A DNA stretch of 64,000 nt from Candidatus Omnitrophota bacterium (lineage in GTDB: Bacteria > Omnitrophota > Gorgyraeia > Gygaellales > JBFMHM01). Each line of letters starts with the position of its first letter. Position 1 is the stretch's first letter. The position numbers and the translations under genes were made by a program. This document shows positions 1 through 9,328 of this stretch, in pieces. The stretch spans positions 20,467 to 84,466 of the forward strand of contig JBFMHM010000006.1 of the NCBI GenBank assembly GCA_040753015.1, written 5' to 3'. The notes beneath the pieces are model-generated. The model worked only from the letters and a program-made list of their open reading frames with translations. It made no database searches and was not told the DNA's origin.

Positions 1-528
1 GAAGAAAGGCACGAATTTGAATTAATTAATTTAATTGATGAAGAACGGCTTAAATATGTAAGTTCAGTTGTTCTTGGGTTAAATGATGCTTTGGTCGAGT
101 TAAGCGGTGCTCTTGTTGGTTTTACCTTAGCACTTCAAAATACTAGGCTTGTTGCAATTGTTGGGTTAATTACAGGTATTGCAGCAAGCCTTTCAATGGC
201 AGCATCAGAATATCTTTCTATAAAACACCAAGATGATACACAGAAAAACCCCTTTAAAGCTAGTATTTATACAGGTCTTGCTTATATTTTTACTGTCATA
301 CTTTTAATCTCGCCATATCTAATTTTTAAGAATATATTCCTATGCTTGAGTTTTGTTCTTCTATTTGTTCTTCTGATAATAACGGTATTTACATTTTATA
401 CTGCAGTTGCAAAAAACCTTGATTTCAAAAAAAGATTTATAGAGATGGCTAGGCTTAGTTTAAGTATCGCTATAATTAATTTCTTGATTGGCATTATTAT
501 AAGAAAAACTTTTGGAATTGATATATGA
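1..528 (+). CDS. VIT1/CCC1-family iron transporter, 5'-partial (membrane domain; upstream ferritin-like part runs off the window)
   Basis: Frame is open from base 1. The in-window translation EERHEFELINLIDEERLKYV...LSGALVGFTLALQNTRLVAIVGLITGIAASLSMAASEYLS matches the conserved VIT1 membrane core. Multiple TM helices follow. Confidence 0.7.
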   Translation, partial: EERHEFELINLIDEERLKYVSSVVLGLNDALVELSGALVGFTLALQNTRLVAIVGLITGIAASLSMAASEYLSIKHQDDTQKNPFKASIYTGLAYIFTVILLISPYLIFKNIFLCLSFVLLFVLLIITVFTFYTAVAKNLDFKKRFIEMARLSLSIAIINFLIGIIIRKTFGIDI

Positions 529-1388
529 GAATGGCTATTATGCGAAATATAAAATTTAAAGGTAGTCTTTTAACATTGGCCGGCAGGCCGCTTAGAGAAA
601 ATATAAAAGCCTCAGACTTTAGAGTTATTAATACAGAATTAGCAGAAGTTCATTTATCCGATTATGGGAATAAAATAAAAATTATAACTTCTTTTCCATC
701 TTTAGATACGCCTGTATGTGATTTACAGTTAAAAGAATTTAATAAACAGGCAACCCATCTTTCAAGCGATATAATAATTTTAGGGATAAGCAAAGATTTG
801 CCATTCGCACAGAAAAGATTTTGTGATGCAAACCAGATAAAAAATGTTTTGGTATTATCAGATTATAGATTTTCTTCTTTTGGCATCAATTACGGACTTC
901 TTATAAAAGAATTAAATTTACTTGCGCGTTCAGTTATAATTTTAGACAAAAATAATTTTATAAGGTATTATGAAATTGTTGAGGAGTTAACCACGCAGCC
1001 AAATTATAATCAGGCACTCCTTAAAATAGAGGAAGTTATAAAAATCCCAGCTTTATATATAAAGGAAGAATTATCTAACCATTGCCGGCCATGTGAGGTT
1101 GGCGGTAAGCCATTAGAAAGCCAGGAAATTGCTAAATTATTAGTAAACCATAAAGATTGGCAATTAGTTGAGGGAAGAAAAATTACGAGAGAATTTAAAT
1201 TTAAAGATTTCATTGAAGCAAAATATTTCTTAGATTTAGTTTCTGTAGTTAGCCAAGAGCAAGGGCACCATCCAGCGATTACTATTATTTATAATAAATT
1301 GAAAATCACGCTTACTACACATGCTCTAGGCGGGTTGTCGGAAAACGATTTTATAATGGCAAAAATTATCGATGAGCTTGAAGGTTAA
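525..1388 (+). CDS. tpx: thiol peroxidase (Tpx, atypical 2-Cys peroxiredoxin) fused to a C-terminal pterin-4a-carbinolamine dehydratase (PCD/DCoH) domain
   Basis: N-terminal ~165 aa carry the Tpx motifs SFPSLDTPVC (peroxidatic Cys) and LPFAQKRFCDA (resolving Cys). C-terminal ~110 aa carry the PCD signature EQGHHPAITIIYNKLKITLTTHALGGLSENDF. It overlaps the upstream stop by 4 nt. Confidence 0.75.
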   Translation: MRMAIMRNIKFKGSLLTLAGRPLRENIKASDFRVINTELAEVHLSDYGNKIKIITSFPSLDTPVCDLQLKEFNKQATHLSSDIIILGISKDLPFAQKRFCDANQIKNVLVLSDYRFSSFGINYGLLIKELNLLARSVIILDKNNFIRYYEIVEELTTQPNYNQALLKIEEVIKIPALYIKEELSNHCRPCEVGGKPLESQEIAKLLVNHKDWQLVEGRKITREFKFKDFIEAKYFLDLVSVVSQEQGHHPAITIIYNKLKITLTTHALGGLSENDFIMAKIIDELEG

Positions 1389-1390
1389 GT

Positions 1391-1894
1391 ATGAAAATAG
1401 CGATCTTAGTTGAAGATTATTATCAAGTTTTAGAAGTTTGGTATCCTTATTTACGCTTAAAAGAGTCTGGCATTGATGCTATTTTTGTTGGTACAGGTAA
1501 GAGAGAATATAAAAGCAAAGAGGGCTATCTAGTTGAGGCAGAAGTATCGATAAAAAATATAAAAAGTGATGATTTTAACGGTGTAATTATACCAGGTGGA
1601 TATGCGCCGGATATTTTAAGAAGGTACAAAGAAGTTACTGATTTTATCAGGGAAATTTTCAATAAAAAAAAGTTAGTTGCATCAATTTGCCATGGCGGCT
1701 GGGTGCTTGTCTCGGCAGGTATCCTCAAAGGCAAGAAAGCGACTTCATTCATTGCAATAAAAGATGACATTGTTAACGCCGGCGCAAATTTTCTAGACAA
1801 AGAAGTAGTAGTTGACGGTAACCTTATAACTTCTCGCAATCCCTATGATTTGCCCGCATTTTGCCGTGAAATTATAAAATTATTACAAGGCTAA
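1391..1894 (+). CDS. DJ-1/PfpI family protein (glutamine amidotransferase-like / deglycase)
   Basis: Nucleophile elbow ICHGGWVL and the PfpI-like fold pattern. 167 aa. Confidence 0.8.
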   Translation: MKIAILVEDYYQVLEVWYPYLRLKESGIDAIFVGTGKREYKSKEGYLVEAEVSIKNIKSDDFNGVIIPGGYAPDILRRYKEVTDFIREIFNKKKLVASICHGGWVLVSAGILKGKKATSFIAIKDDIVNAGANFLDKEVVVDGNLITSRNPYDLPAFCREIIKLLQG

Positions 1895-1956
1895 TTTTAA
1901 ATTAATATGGCGTCAGCCAAAAATATAAACGGGGTTATCAATAAAAGGAGCATGCC

Positions 1957-2133
1957 GTGGGGCCAATCGAAGCATTGAATTTAGCTTTAGACAAAGAAAT
2001 AAAATCAATAGAGATGTACGAGGAGCTTTCTAAGGAAGCGAAACTTGCAAAAGATATATTTCAATTTTTAATTGGAGAAGAACAAAAACATAAACGCCTA
2101 ATCGAGCAAAAGATACAAGAGTTGAGCAGATAG
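1957..2133 (+). CDS. small ferritin-like/rubrerythrin-like helical protein (58 aa), absent from the ORF track
   Basis: GTG start 7 nt downstream of RBS AAAGGAG (1944-1950). Translation VGPIEALNLALDKEIKSIEMYEELSKEAKLAKDIFQFLIGEEQKHKRLIEQKIQELSR has an E...Y...EExxH diiron-type half-motif. It fills an otherwise empty 240-bp gap. Confidence 0.4.
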   Translation: MGPIEALNLALDKEIKSIEMYEELSKEAKLAKDIFQFLIGEEQKHKRLIEQKIQELSR

Positions 2134-3009
2134 ATGACAGTAATTCATCATCGGAATATAAATAAAATTTCACGCCTTAAGCTAGCTTTATTTTTAACTG
2201 CAGGCGGTATGGTTTTAGAGTTTGTCGGAGGTTTTATTTCTAACAGCCTTGCTTTGACGTCAGATGCTTGGCATATGCTTACACATTTATTTGCCCTTTC
2301 GATGACTTATTTTGCAATTATTCTTTCTTCTAGGTCGGCTACTAAAAAACATACTTATGGTTTTTATCGCACAGAGATATTGGTAGCATTCATAAATGGA
2401 ATTGTATTGATATTTATTGCAGGGTATCTTGTGTATGAATCGGTATTAAGATTTTTATCTCCGCAGGATATTAAAATAAGCGAAATGCTTTTGATAGCAG
2501 GTATTGGCTTAGTAATAAATGGTATAACTACTGTTTTCTTATTCCAAGCAGGATCGCATGATTTAAATATTCGAAGTGCTATTTTGCATGAAATAGGGGA
2601 TCTTGTATCAAGCATTGCCATTGTTATTGCTAGTCTAATAATCCTATTCACTAAGAATTATATCTTTGATCCGATATTAGCTATTTTTATTTCTATTCTT
2701 ATAGTTATCTGGGCAATAAAATTAATCGTAGATTCAGCAGGTATCCTTTTGGAATTTACTCCTAAGCATCTAGACATTGATGAGGTAATAGCTGTACTCA
2801 AAAATGAAATAAAAGGTATCTATGAAGTTCACCATGTTCATGCCTGGACGATTGCAAGCGGCATATATGCATTTACAGCACATATTGTGATTGATGATTG
2901 TCATATAAGTAAAGCAAATGAAGTATTGCACGAAGTAAATAGATTAGTAAAAGAACGTTTTCATATCGGACATACAAATATTCAGTTCGAATGCTTAGTG
3001 AAAAAATAA
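2134..3009 (+). CDS. cation diffusion facilitator (CDF) family metal efflux transporter
   Basis: Six predicted TM helices. The HxxxD motif in HMLTHLFALSMTY and a C-terminal cytoplasmic domain with HHVHAW are typical of CzcD/ZitB. Confidence 0.85.
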   Translation: MTVIHHRNINKISRLKLALFLTAGGMVLEFVGGFISNSLALTSDAWHMLTHLFALSMTYFAIILSSRSATKKHTYGFYRTEILVAFINGIVLIFIAGYLVYESVLRFLSPQDIKISEMLLIAGIGLVINGITTVFLFQAGSHDLNIRSAILHEIGDLVSSIAIVIASLIILFTKNYIFDPILAIFISILIVIWAIKLIVDSAGILLEFTPKHLDIDEVIAVLKNEIKGIYEVHHVHAWTIASGIYAFTAHIVIDDCHISKANEVLHEVNRLVKERFHIGHTNIQFECLVKK

Positions 3010-3662
3010 GAATTTTATCTCGGAGTTTCGAAAGTTTTAGGGATCGTATTGAAGCAGGAGAGTTTTTGGTCAATGAGCTAAAAGAATATAAAAATAAAGA
3101 TATAGTTGTAGTGGGAATACCTAGAGGTGGCGTTGTTATTGCAGCTAGTATTGCTAAAAATTTACAATGTGATTTTGATATAGTTATTGTACGTAAAATT
3201 GGCTATCCATCTAATCCAGAATTTGCCATAGGCGCAATTTCAGAAGATGGCAGTGTATTTATTAACCGGGATTTAAGTTTTGAATTAGACGGCCAGAAAA
3301 CCTACATCGAAAATGAAACAAAAAAACAACTGGATATAGTCAAGGAACGCGTTGAGATATTTAGAAAAATAAGGCCAAAGGTAGGCTTAAAGGATAAAAT
3401 AGTAATAGTAACTGATGACGGTATTGCTACAGGTTCAACAATGCAATCTGCGCTTTGGATGATAAGAAAAGAATTACCAAAAAAAATCGTTGTTGCTATA
3501 CCAGTAGCATCTAATGAATCACTAGTTAGAATAAAAGATGATGCAGACGAAATAATCTGCCTGCGGATGCCAGAATTTTTTGCGGCCGTAGGGCAGTTTT
3601 ACCGTAATTTTAATCAGGTTGAAGATAATGATGTGGCGAATCTTTTAAGGGAGGCAATATGA
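2991..3662 (+). CDS. putative phosphoribosyltransferase (COG1926-type)
   Basis: PRPP-binding motif KIVIVTDDGIATGSTM. N-terminal VVVGIPRGGVVIA. Confidence 0.7.
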   Translation: MLSEKIRILSRSFESFRDRIEAGEFLVNELKEYKNKDIVVVGIPRGGVVIAASIAKNLQCDFDIVIVRKIGYPSNPEFAIGAISEDGSVFINRDLSFELDGQKTYIENETKKQLDIVKERVEIFRKIRPKVGLKDKIVIVTDDGIATGSTMQSALWMIRKELPKKIVVAIPVASNESLVRIKDDADEIICLRMPEFFAAVGQFYRNFNQVEDNDVANLLREAI

Positions 3663-4090
3663 AATTAACTAGCCCGGAATTTAAGCATACTACAATTATT
3701 CCCGAGAAATTTACTTGCCAGGGATGTGATATTAATCCACCACTTATTATTGAGGATATTCCAAAAGAAGCTAAATCTCTAGCCTTAATCGTAGAAGACC
3801 CTGATGCACCATCTGGTTTATGGATACATTGGGTAGTCTATAATATTCCAGTTGTTTCAGAGATCAAAGAAAATAGCGTTCCTGGGGTAGAAGGTTTAAA
3901 TACTATAAGAGAAAAGAAATATCATGGCCCTTGCCCGCCATCCGGTACACACAGATATTTTTTTAAAATTTATGCATTAGATACAAAATTAGAATTTGAT
4001 TTGCCACCAGATAAACAGTTGCTAGAGAAAGCAATGCATGGCCATATTTTAGATAAAGCAGAACTGGTTGGATTATATAAGAAAAAATGA
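3659..4090 (+). CDS. YbhB/YbcL (PEBP / Raf-kinase-inhibitor-like) family protein
   Basis: Conserved YHGPCPPSGTHRYFFKIYALD core of bacterial PEBP proteins. Confidence 0.8.
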   Translation: MKLTSPEFKHTTIIPEKFTCQGCDINPPLIIEDIPKEAKSLALIVEDPDAPSGLWIHWVVYNIPVVSEIKENSVPGVEGLNTIREKKYHGPCPPSGTHRYFFKIYALDTKLEFDLPPDKQLLEKAMHGHILDKAELVGLYKKK

Positions 4091-5097
4091 AAAAAGAAGC
4101 AATGCTATATGAAAAGCTTGATAATAAATTTGTGCATTGTTTTTTGTGTAACCACAATTGTAAGATTGCAGATTCTAAATTTGGTATTTGTGGCGTGAGG
4201 CAAAATATAGCAGGTACATTGTATACACTTGTTTACAATGAAGTAATTACAGCAAATATTGATCCTATTGAAAAAAAACCTTTATATCATTTTTTACCGG
4301 GATCACAATCTTATTCAATTGCAACTATCGGGTGTAATTTTAGATGCGGCTTTTGCCAGAATTGGCAGATTTCGCAAATGTCAAAAAGGCAAAATCAAGA
4401 ATTTAGCAGCATGAGAATGTCGCCTGAGACTGTAGTTGAGCAGGCAAGGCTGGATAATTGCGCAAGTATTTCTTATACATATACCGAACCGACAATTTTT
4501 TTTGAATATGCATATGATTCAGCAATTCTTGCAAAAAAACATGGGCTAAAAAATATTTTTGTTACAAATGGTTTTATGACAAAAAAAGCAATTGATACAA
4601 TTAAGCCATATTTAGATGCGGCAAACGTGGATATTAAAAGCTTCAATGAAAATTTTTATAAAAATATTTGTAAAGCAAGTCTGCTGCCTGTATTAGATTC
4701 AGTTAAATATATGAAACAATGCGGAATTTGGGTTGAAATAACTACGCTTGTAGTGCCAGGTGAAAATGATTCTGATGAGGAGCTTAACAATCTAGCTGAT
4801 TTTATCGCTAGTGTTGATAAAGATATGCCTTGGCATATTTCTCGGTTCCATCCGGATTATAAGTTTACTAATTATAATTCTACGCCGCCAGAAACATTAA
4901 GAAGAGCAAGGGACATCGGAAAATCAAAAGGGCTGAGGTTTATTTATTTAGGTAATATCCTAAAAGGAAATGATACAAGCTGTTATAATTGTAATAGACT
5001 TTTAGTCAAAAGAGATCTCTATAATATTAAAGAGCTTAATTTACAAAATGGTAGTTGTTCTTATTGTGGGGTAAAAATCAAAGGAATTTGGAAATAA
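4087..5097 (+). CDS. radical SAM enzyme, PFL-activase-like (AmmeMemoRadiSam-system type)
   Basis: N-terminal Cys-rich HCFLCNHNCKI...GICGV followed by the radical SAM CxxxCxxC motif IGCNFRCGFCQNW. Confidence 0.65.
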   Translation: MKKEAMLYEKLDNKFVHCFLCNHNCKIADSKFGICGVRQNIAGTLYTLVYNEVITANIDPIEKKPLYHFLPGSQSYSIATIGCNFRCGFCQNWQISQMSKRQNQEFSSMRMSPETVVEQARLDNCASISYTYTEPTIFFEYAYDSAILAKKHGLKNIFVTNGFMTKKAIDTIKPYLDAANVDIKSFNENFYKNICKASLLPVLDSVKYMKQCGIWVEITTLVVPGENDSDEELNNLADFIASVDKDMPWHISRFHPDYKFTNYNSTPPETLRRARDIGKSKGLRFIYLGNILKGNDTSCYNCNRLLVKRDLYNIKELNLQNGSCSYCGVKIKGIWK

Positions 5098-6053
5098 TGC
5101 AACAGTTCAATTTGATATGTAAAAAAATTTTAGATGCAAAATCAATAGTTATAGCTGGTCATATTAATCCAGATGCTGATTCAATTGGCTGTCTTTTAGC
5201 ACTAGGGATTGGTCTAGAAAAACTTGGTAAAAATGTTTATATGTTGATACAAGAACGTATACCAACTAGATTTATTTCTTTACCGGGGATACACAGGCTT
5301 GTCAGGCAGGTTAAAATAAAACCAGATCTAGCAATTGCCGTTGATTGCAGTAATAGGGAGATATTAGGGAGAGCTTTTAGAATATTCAAAAAATCTAAAG
5401 ATATATTAGAGATAGACCACCATGAGTTTAGGCGTGGTTTCGGGAATATAAAGCTTATTGATAAAGACGCTGCTGCAGTCGGCGAATTAATTTATACCCT
5501 TTTGATAAAATTGGATGTTGAGATAGATAAGAATATCGCACAAAATATCCTTACTTCAATAATAGTTGAAACTAATTCATTTAGATTGCCGGGTGTTCGA
5601 GTCGAAACCTTTGAAATTTGTGCAGAGCTTTTGAAGCGGGGGGTTAATTTCTATAAATTAGTGGATACAGTTTTTTGGTCACAGACAAGGCAGGCTTCAA
5701 TTCTTTCAGGGATTTGTCTGGCGAGATGCAAGTTTATGTATGGCGGAAAGCTTGCATGGACTATAATCAAAAATGAAGACCTAAAACGTTTAAAAGGGAG
5801 AAAAGAAGATGTAGATGGCGTAGCAGATCAAATCCGTGCAATAAAAGGTGTTGAGATTGTGATTTTTTTTAGAGAAGTTAATAATAAAATATTAAGGGTT
5901 AGTTTAAGATCAAAAAGTAAAATTAATATCGCTTCAGTCGCAGAAAGTTTTAATGGCGGGGGCCATTTTGATGTCGCTGGTTGTCATATTCCGAATACCA
6001 GCGAAGCTATGAAAACACTTATTGATAGAGCAAGAAAATTATTGAGATGGTAA
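5097..6053 (+). CDS. nrnA: DHH/DHHA1 phosphoesterase (NrnA-like oligoribonuclease/pAp phosphatase)
   Basis: AGHINPDADSIG, DHH in IDHHEF, and C-terminal DHHA1 GGGHFDVAGC. The ATG at 5097 overlaps the upstream TAA. The ORF track start at 5055 would overlap the previous gene by 43 nt. Confidence 0.8.
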   Translation: MQQFNLICKKILDAKSIVIAGHINPDADSIGCLLALGIGLEKLGKNVYMLIQERIPTRFISLPGIHRLVRQVKIKPDLAIAVDCSNREILGRAFRIFKKSKDILEIDHHEFRRGFGNIKLIDKDAAAVGELIYTLLIKLDVEIDKNIAQNILTSIIVETNSFRLPGVRVETFEICAELLKRGVNFYKLVDTVFWSQTRQASILSGICLARCKFMYGGKLAWTIIKNEDLKRLKGRKEDVDGVADQIRAIKGVEIVIFFREVNNKILRVSLRSKSKINIASVAESFNGGGHFDVAGCHIPNTSEAMKTLIDRARKLLRW

Positions 6054-6751
6054 AATTAGATTTAGAGATAAAAGAGATTATCCAGCGTAATTATAATGTA
6101 AAAAGCTTTCGGCTTGATATAAAACAAGAAGTTGATTTTAAGGCAGGCCAGCTTCTTTCTGCATCTTTAAAGATGGATAAAGAATGCAAACGATATTTTT
6201 CTATTTCAAGTTCGCCCACAGAAAAATGCTTTATTGAATTTACGAAAAAAATAACAGATAGTAATTTTTCTAAAGAACTAAATATCCTAAAGTTAGGTGA
6301 TATAATAAGGGTAGAATATCCTTTTGGAAAGTTTACCCTAGAAGATAACCCAGCCCAAAAAGTAGCATTTATTTCCGGCGGCATTGGGATTACGCCGATT
6401 AGAAGTATTATTAAATACGCAGTTGATAAAAATTTAGATATAGATATAGCGCTTATCTATGCAAATCGCTCAATTAGGGATGTTATTTTCAAAGAAGATT
6501 TTGATTATATGCAAAAAAAATTCAGGAGTTTAAAAGTGAGCCATGTATTATGTGAACCAACTCAAGATTTCAAGTGTAGTATTGGTTTAGTTAATGAGAC
6601 TATAATTAAAAATGAGATTTCTGATTATTTAGAGCGTAAATTTTTTCTTTGCGGCCCGCCGCAGATGGTTAGCGCAATGAAGAAAATATTAGCTGAAAAA
6701 TTAAATATTACACAAGAAAATATTGTTACAGAAAATTTTGTTGGTTATTGA
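6047..6751 (+). CDS. FAD/NAD(P)-binding oxidoreductase, ferredoxin-NADP reductase-like (no Fe-S domain)
   Basis: FAD motif RYFSISSSP (RxYS). NAD(P) motif FISGGIGITPIRSI. C-terminal FFLCGPPQMV. Confidence 0.7.
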   Translation: MVKLDLEIKEIIQRNYNVKSFRLDIKQEVDFKAGQLLSASLKMDKECKRYFSISSSPTEKCFIEFTKKITDSNFSKELNILKLGDIIRVEYPFGKFTLEDNPAQKVAFISGGIGITPIRSIIKYAVDKNLDIDIALIYANRSIRDVIFKEDFDYMQKKFRSLKVSHVLCEPTQDFKCSIGLVNETIIKNEISDYLERKFFLCGPPQMVSAMKKILAEKLNITQENIVTENFVGY

Positions 6752-6763
6752 TGGAGGTTTGAT

Positions 6764-7951
6764 ATGGCAGCTAGGGAAGTATTAGAGGGTATTTATTCCG
6801 TAGGAGTAGTTGATTGGAATACGCGTAATTTTCATGGGCATACTTATACAACAAAGCGAGGCACAACTTATAATGCCTATCTTATTATTGATGATAAAAT
6901 TACGTTGGTTGATACTGTGCTGGGGGCATTCTCTAATGAATTAATCGCAAATATCAGAGAAGTTATTCCTATAGAGAAAATTGATTACATTATTGCAAAT
7001 CATGTTGAGACAGATCATTCTGGCGCTCTGCCGGAATTAATAAAACTTTGCCCAAAGGCAAAAATTTTCGGTACACAGAAATGTAAAGAGGGGTTGGAGA
7101 AAAACTACTATCTTAATTTAGATTTTAATATTGTTAAGACTAATGATAAACTTAATTTAGGCAAGAAAAACTTGATTTTCATTGAAGCTCCTATGATTCA
7201 TTGGCCAGATAGTATGTTTACTTATTGTCCGGAGGAGCAATTGCTTATGCCGAATGATGCCTTCGGCCAGCATTATGCAACAAGCGAACGATTTGATGAT
7301 GAAGTTAGTGATTGTGAGCTTATGGATGAGGCGGCAAAGTATTTTGGTAATATCCTTTGGCCGCTTAGCTCGATTATTATAAATAAAATCGTTGAGATTA
7401 AGAACTTAAATATCCCAATAAAAATGATTGCGCCAAGCCATGGAATTATCTGGCGGAAAGACCCGATGAAGATAATTAATTCATATATTAACTGGGCAAA
7501 AAATACAACCTCTCGTAAAGTTGTAGTTATTTATGAGACGATGTGGGGTGCTACTGAAAAAATGGCAAGAAAGATTGTTGAAAGTTTGGCCAATGCAGGC
7601 CTAACAACAAAACTTTTTGATATAGCAATATCCGATCGTACTGAAGTAATTAAAGAGATGCTTGATGCTAGAGGATTTATTTTTGGTTCATCCACGCACG
7701 ATAATGATATGTTGAGTAATATTGCAGGATTTATGGAATTTTTAAAAGGTTTAAAGCCAAAAAACAGGATAGCTTCTTGTTTTGGTTCATATGGCTGGGC
7801 AGGAGGAGCAGTCAGCTCATTAGAAAAGATTATTAAAGAAGCTGGTATTGAAATACTGCAGCCGTCTTTAGCGATTAAATATATGCCAGATAAAGACGAA
7901 ATTAATAGATGTTATGAATTTGGCAAAGAATTCGCGAAGAAGATAATATAG
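6764..7951 (+). CDS. fprA: flavodiiron protein (FprA / rubredoxin:oxygen oxidoreductase / NO reductase type)
   Basis: Metallo-beta-lactamase-like diiron domain with ANHVETDHSG, followed by a flavodoxin-like domain (VVVIYETMWGATEKMA). Confidence 0.85.
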   Translation: MAAREVLEGIYSVGVVDWNTRNFHGHTYTTKRGTTYNAYLIIDDKITLVDTVLGAFSNELIANIREVIPIEKIDYIIANHVETDHSGALPELIKLCPKAKIFGTQKCKEGLEKNYYLNLDFNIVKTNDKLNLGKKNLIFIEAPMIHWPDSMFTYCPEEQLLMPNDAFGQHYATSERFDDEVSDCELMDEAAKYFGNILWPLSSIIINKIVEIKNLNIPIKMIAPSHGIIWRKDPMKIINSYINWAKNTTSRKVVVIYETMWGATEKMARKIVESLANAGLTTKLFDIAISDRTEVIKEMLDARGFIFGSSTHDNDMLSNIAGFMEFLKGLKPKNRIASCFGSYGWAGGAVSSLEKIIKEAGIEILQPSLAIKYMPDKDEINRCYEFGKEFAKKII

Positions 7952-7972
7952 GTAAGAAAGGAGGTATGATAA

Positions 7973-8131
7973 ATGGGAAAATATCGTTGTACAGTATGCG
8001 GTTACATATATGATCCGGCAGTAGGTGACTCTAGTCAGGGTATAAAATCTGGGACATCATTCGAAAGTCTACCAGATACATGGGTATGCCCTGAATGCGG
8101 CGTAGGGAAAGATATGTTTGAGAGGGTATAA
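7973..8131 (+). CDS. rd: rubredoxin (52 aa), absent from the ORF track
   Basis: [19 protein letters not shown]...[20 protein letters not shown] carries both CxxCG knuckles. RBS GGAGG lies 8 nt upstream. Confidence 0.85.
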   Translation: MGKYRCTVCGYIYDPAVGDSSQGIKSGTSFESLPDTWVCPECGVGKDMFERV

Positions 8132-8154
8132 AAAACAAAAAAAGGAGGTTACAA

Positions 8155-8631
8155 ATGGGTAAGCAAGGGACAAAGATAGCTGCGCTTGATGTAAAAGATT
8201 TACTGAAAGATTTAAATAAGGCTTATTGTGATGAATGGCTTGCTTATTATTCTTATTGGTATATGGCAAGGGTTGCAACCGGAATGGGATATGAAGATAT
8301 AGGTGAGTTTCTTTCGGATACCGCAAAGGATGAATTAGAGCATGCTGGGGAGGTTGCCGATAGAATATTAGAATTAGGGGGAATGCCAATATCTAATCCT
8401 ATGGAGATTGAAAAAAATGCCAATGCTTCTTATCCAAAGCCGCCTAAGGGTACTTCTGATTATAATAGTATAATTAAAACTGTAACTGATGCAGAGGCTA
8501 CAGCAATAGATGTTTACAATAAGATTGCAGCAAAAACTTTAGGCAAAGACCATGTGACCTATCAACTTATCTGTCATATTTTGTCTGAAGAGGTAGGCCA
8601 TGAGGAGAAGTTTGAAGATTTATTAGAATGA
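8155..8631 (+). CDS. ferritin-like diiron protein (bacterioferritin-family)
   Basis: Bfr-like ELEHAGEVADRILELGGMP and C-terminal EEVGHEEKFEDLL ligand motifs. RBS AAAGGAGG. Confidence 0.6.
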   Translation: MGKQGTKIAALDVKDLLKDLNKAYCDEWLAYYSYWYMARVATGMGYEDIGEFLSDTAKDELEHAGEVADRILELGGMPISNPMEIEKNANASYPKPPKGTSDYNSIIKTVTDAEATAIDVYNKIAAKTLGKDHVTYQLICHILSEEVGHEEKFEDLLE

Positions 8632-9098
8632 AATTATCACAGGAGCTAATAACCTTTTTTAAAAATCAGGGTTTTGTAGTTGTTTCAACTATTGATGCTT
8701 TTGGCATGCCTCATAATTCCTGTAAAGGTATAGTTGAGATAGACAAAAAGAATGGTCTTTTTTACCTACTCGATGTCTACAAAGAAAATACATATAATAA
8801 CTTAACACAAAATCATAATATAGCTGTAACTGCTATCGATGAACATAGATTTACAGGATATTCTATTAAAGGGAAGGCAAAGGTTGTAAAAACAGAATAT
8901 GTCCCGCATTTTTTGACAATGTGGGAAGATAGGATAAACCAACGTATTGCTAGAAGATTTATAAGGAATATCCGTGGAGAAAAAGGACATAAAGGGCATC
9001 CTGAAGCGCGCCTGCCGAAACCAGAATACCTGATTGTTTTTAAAGCAAAAGATGTTATAGATCTTACGCCCTACCACCTAAAGGAGAAGTTGAAATGA
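8628..9098 (+). CDS. pyridoxamine 5'-phosphate oxidase-related FMN-binding split-barrel protein
   Basis: PNPOx-like N-terminal beta-barrel pattern (GFVVVSTIDAFGMPHNSCKGIVEID...). 4-nt overlap with neighbours. Confidence 0.55.
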   Translation: MKLSQELITFFKNQGFVVVSTIDAFGMPHNSCKGIVEIDKKNGLFYLLDVYKENTYNNLTQNHNIAVTAIDEHRFTGYSIKGKAKVVKTEYVPHFLTMWEDRINQRIARRFIRNIRGEKGHKGHPEARLPKPEYLIVFKAKDVIDLTPYHLKEKLK

Positions 9099-9328
9099 AA
9101 AAAGTAGCGATATATAGTACGCCCACATGCCCTTATTGTGTAAGAGCAAAACAATTTTTTAAAGAAAATAATATTGAATTCAGCGATTTTGATGTATCTG
9201 TTGATCAGTTAAAAGCACAGGAGATGATTGAAAAATCTGGACAGATGGGCGTACCAGTTATAGATATAGAAGGCGAGATAGTCGTGGGTTTTGATAAAGA
9301 AAGGATAAAAACTATTCTTGGCATATGA
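9095..9328 (+). CDS. glutaredoxin-like protein (NrdH/YruB family)
   Basis: CPYC active site in MKKVAIYSTPTCPYCVRAKQFF. 77 aa. Confidence 0.8.
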   Translation: MKKVAIYSTPTCPYCVRAKQFFKENNIEFSDFDVSVDQLKAQEMIEKSGQMGVPVIDIEGEIVVGFDKERIKTILGI

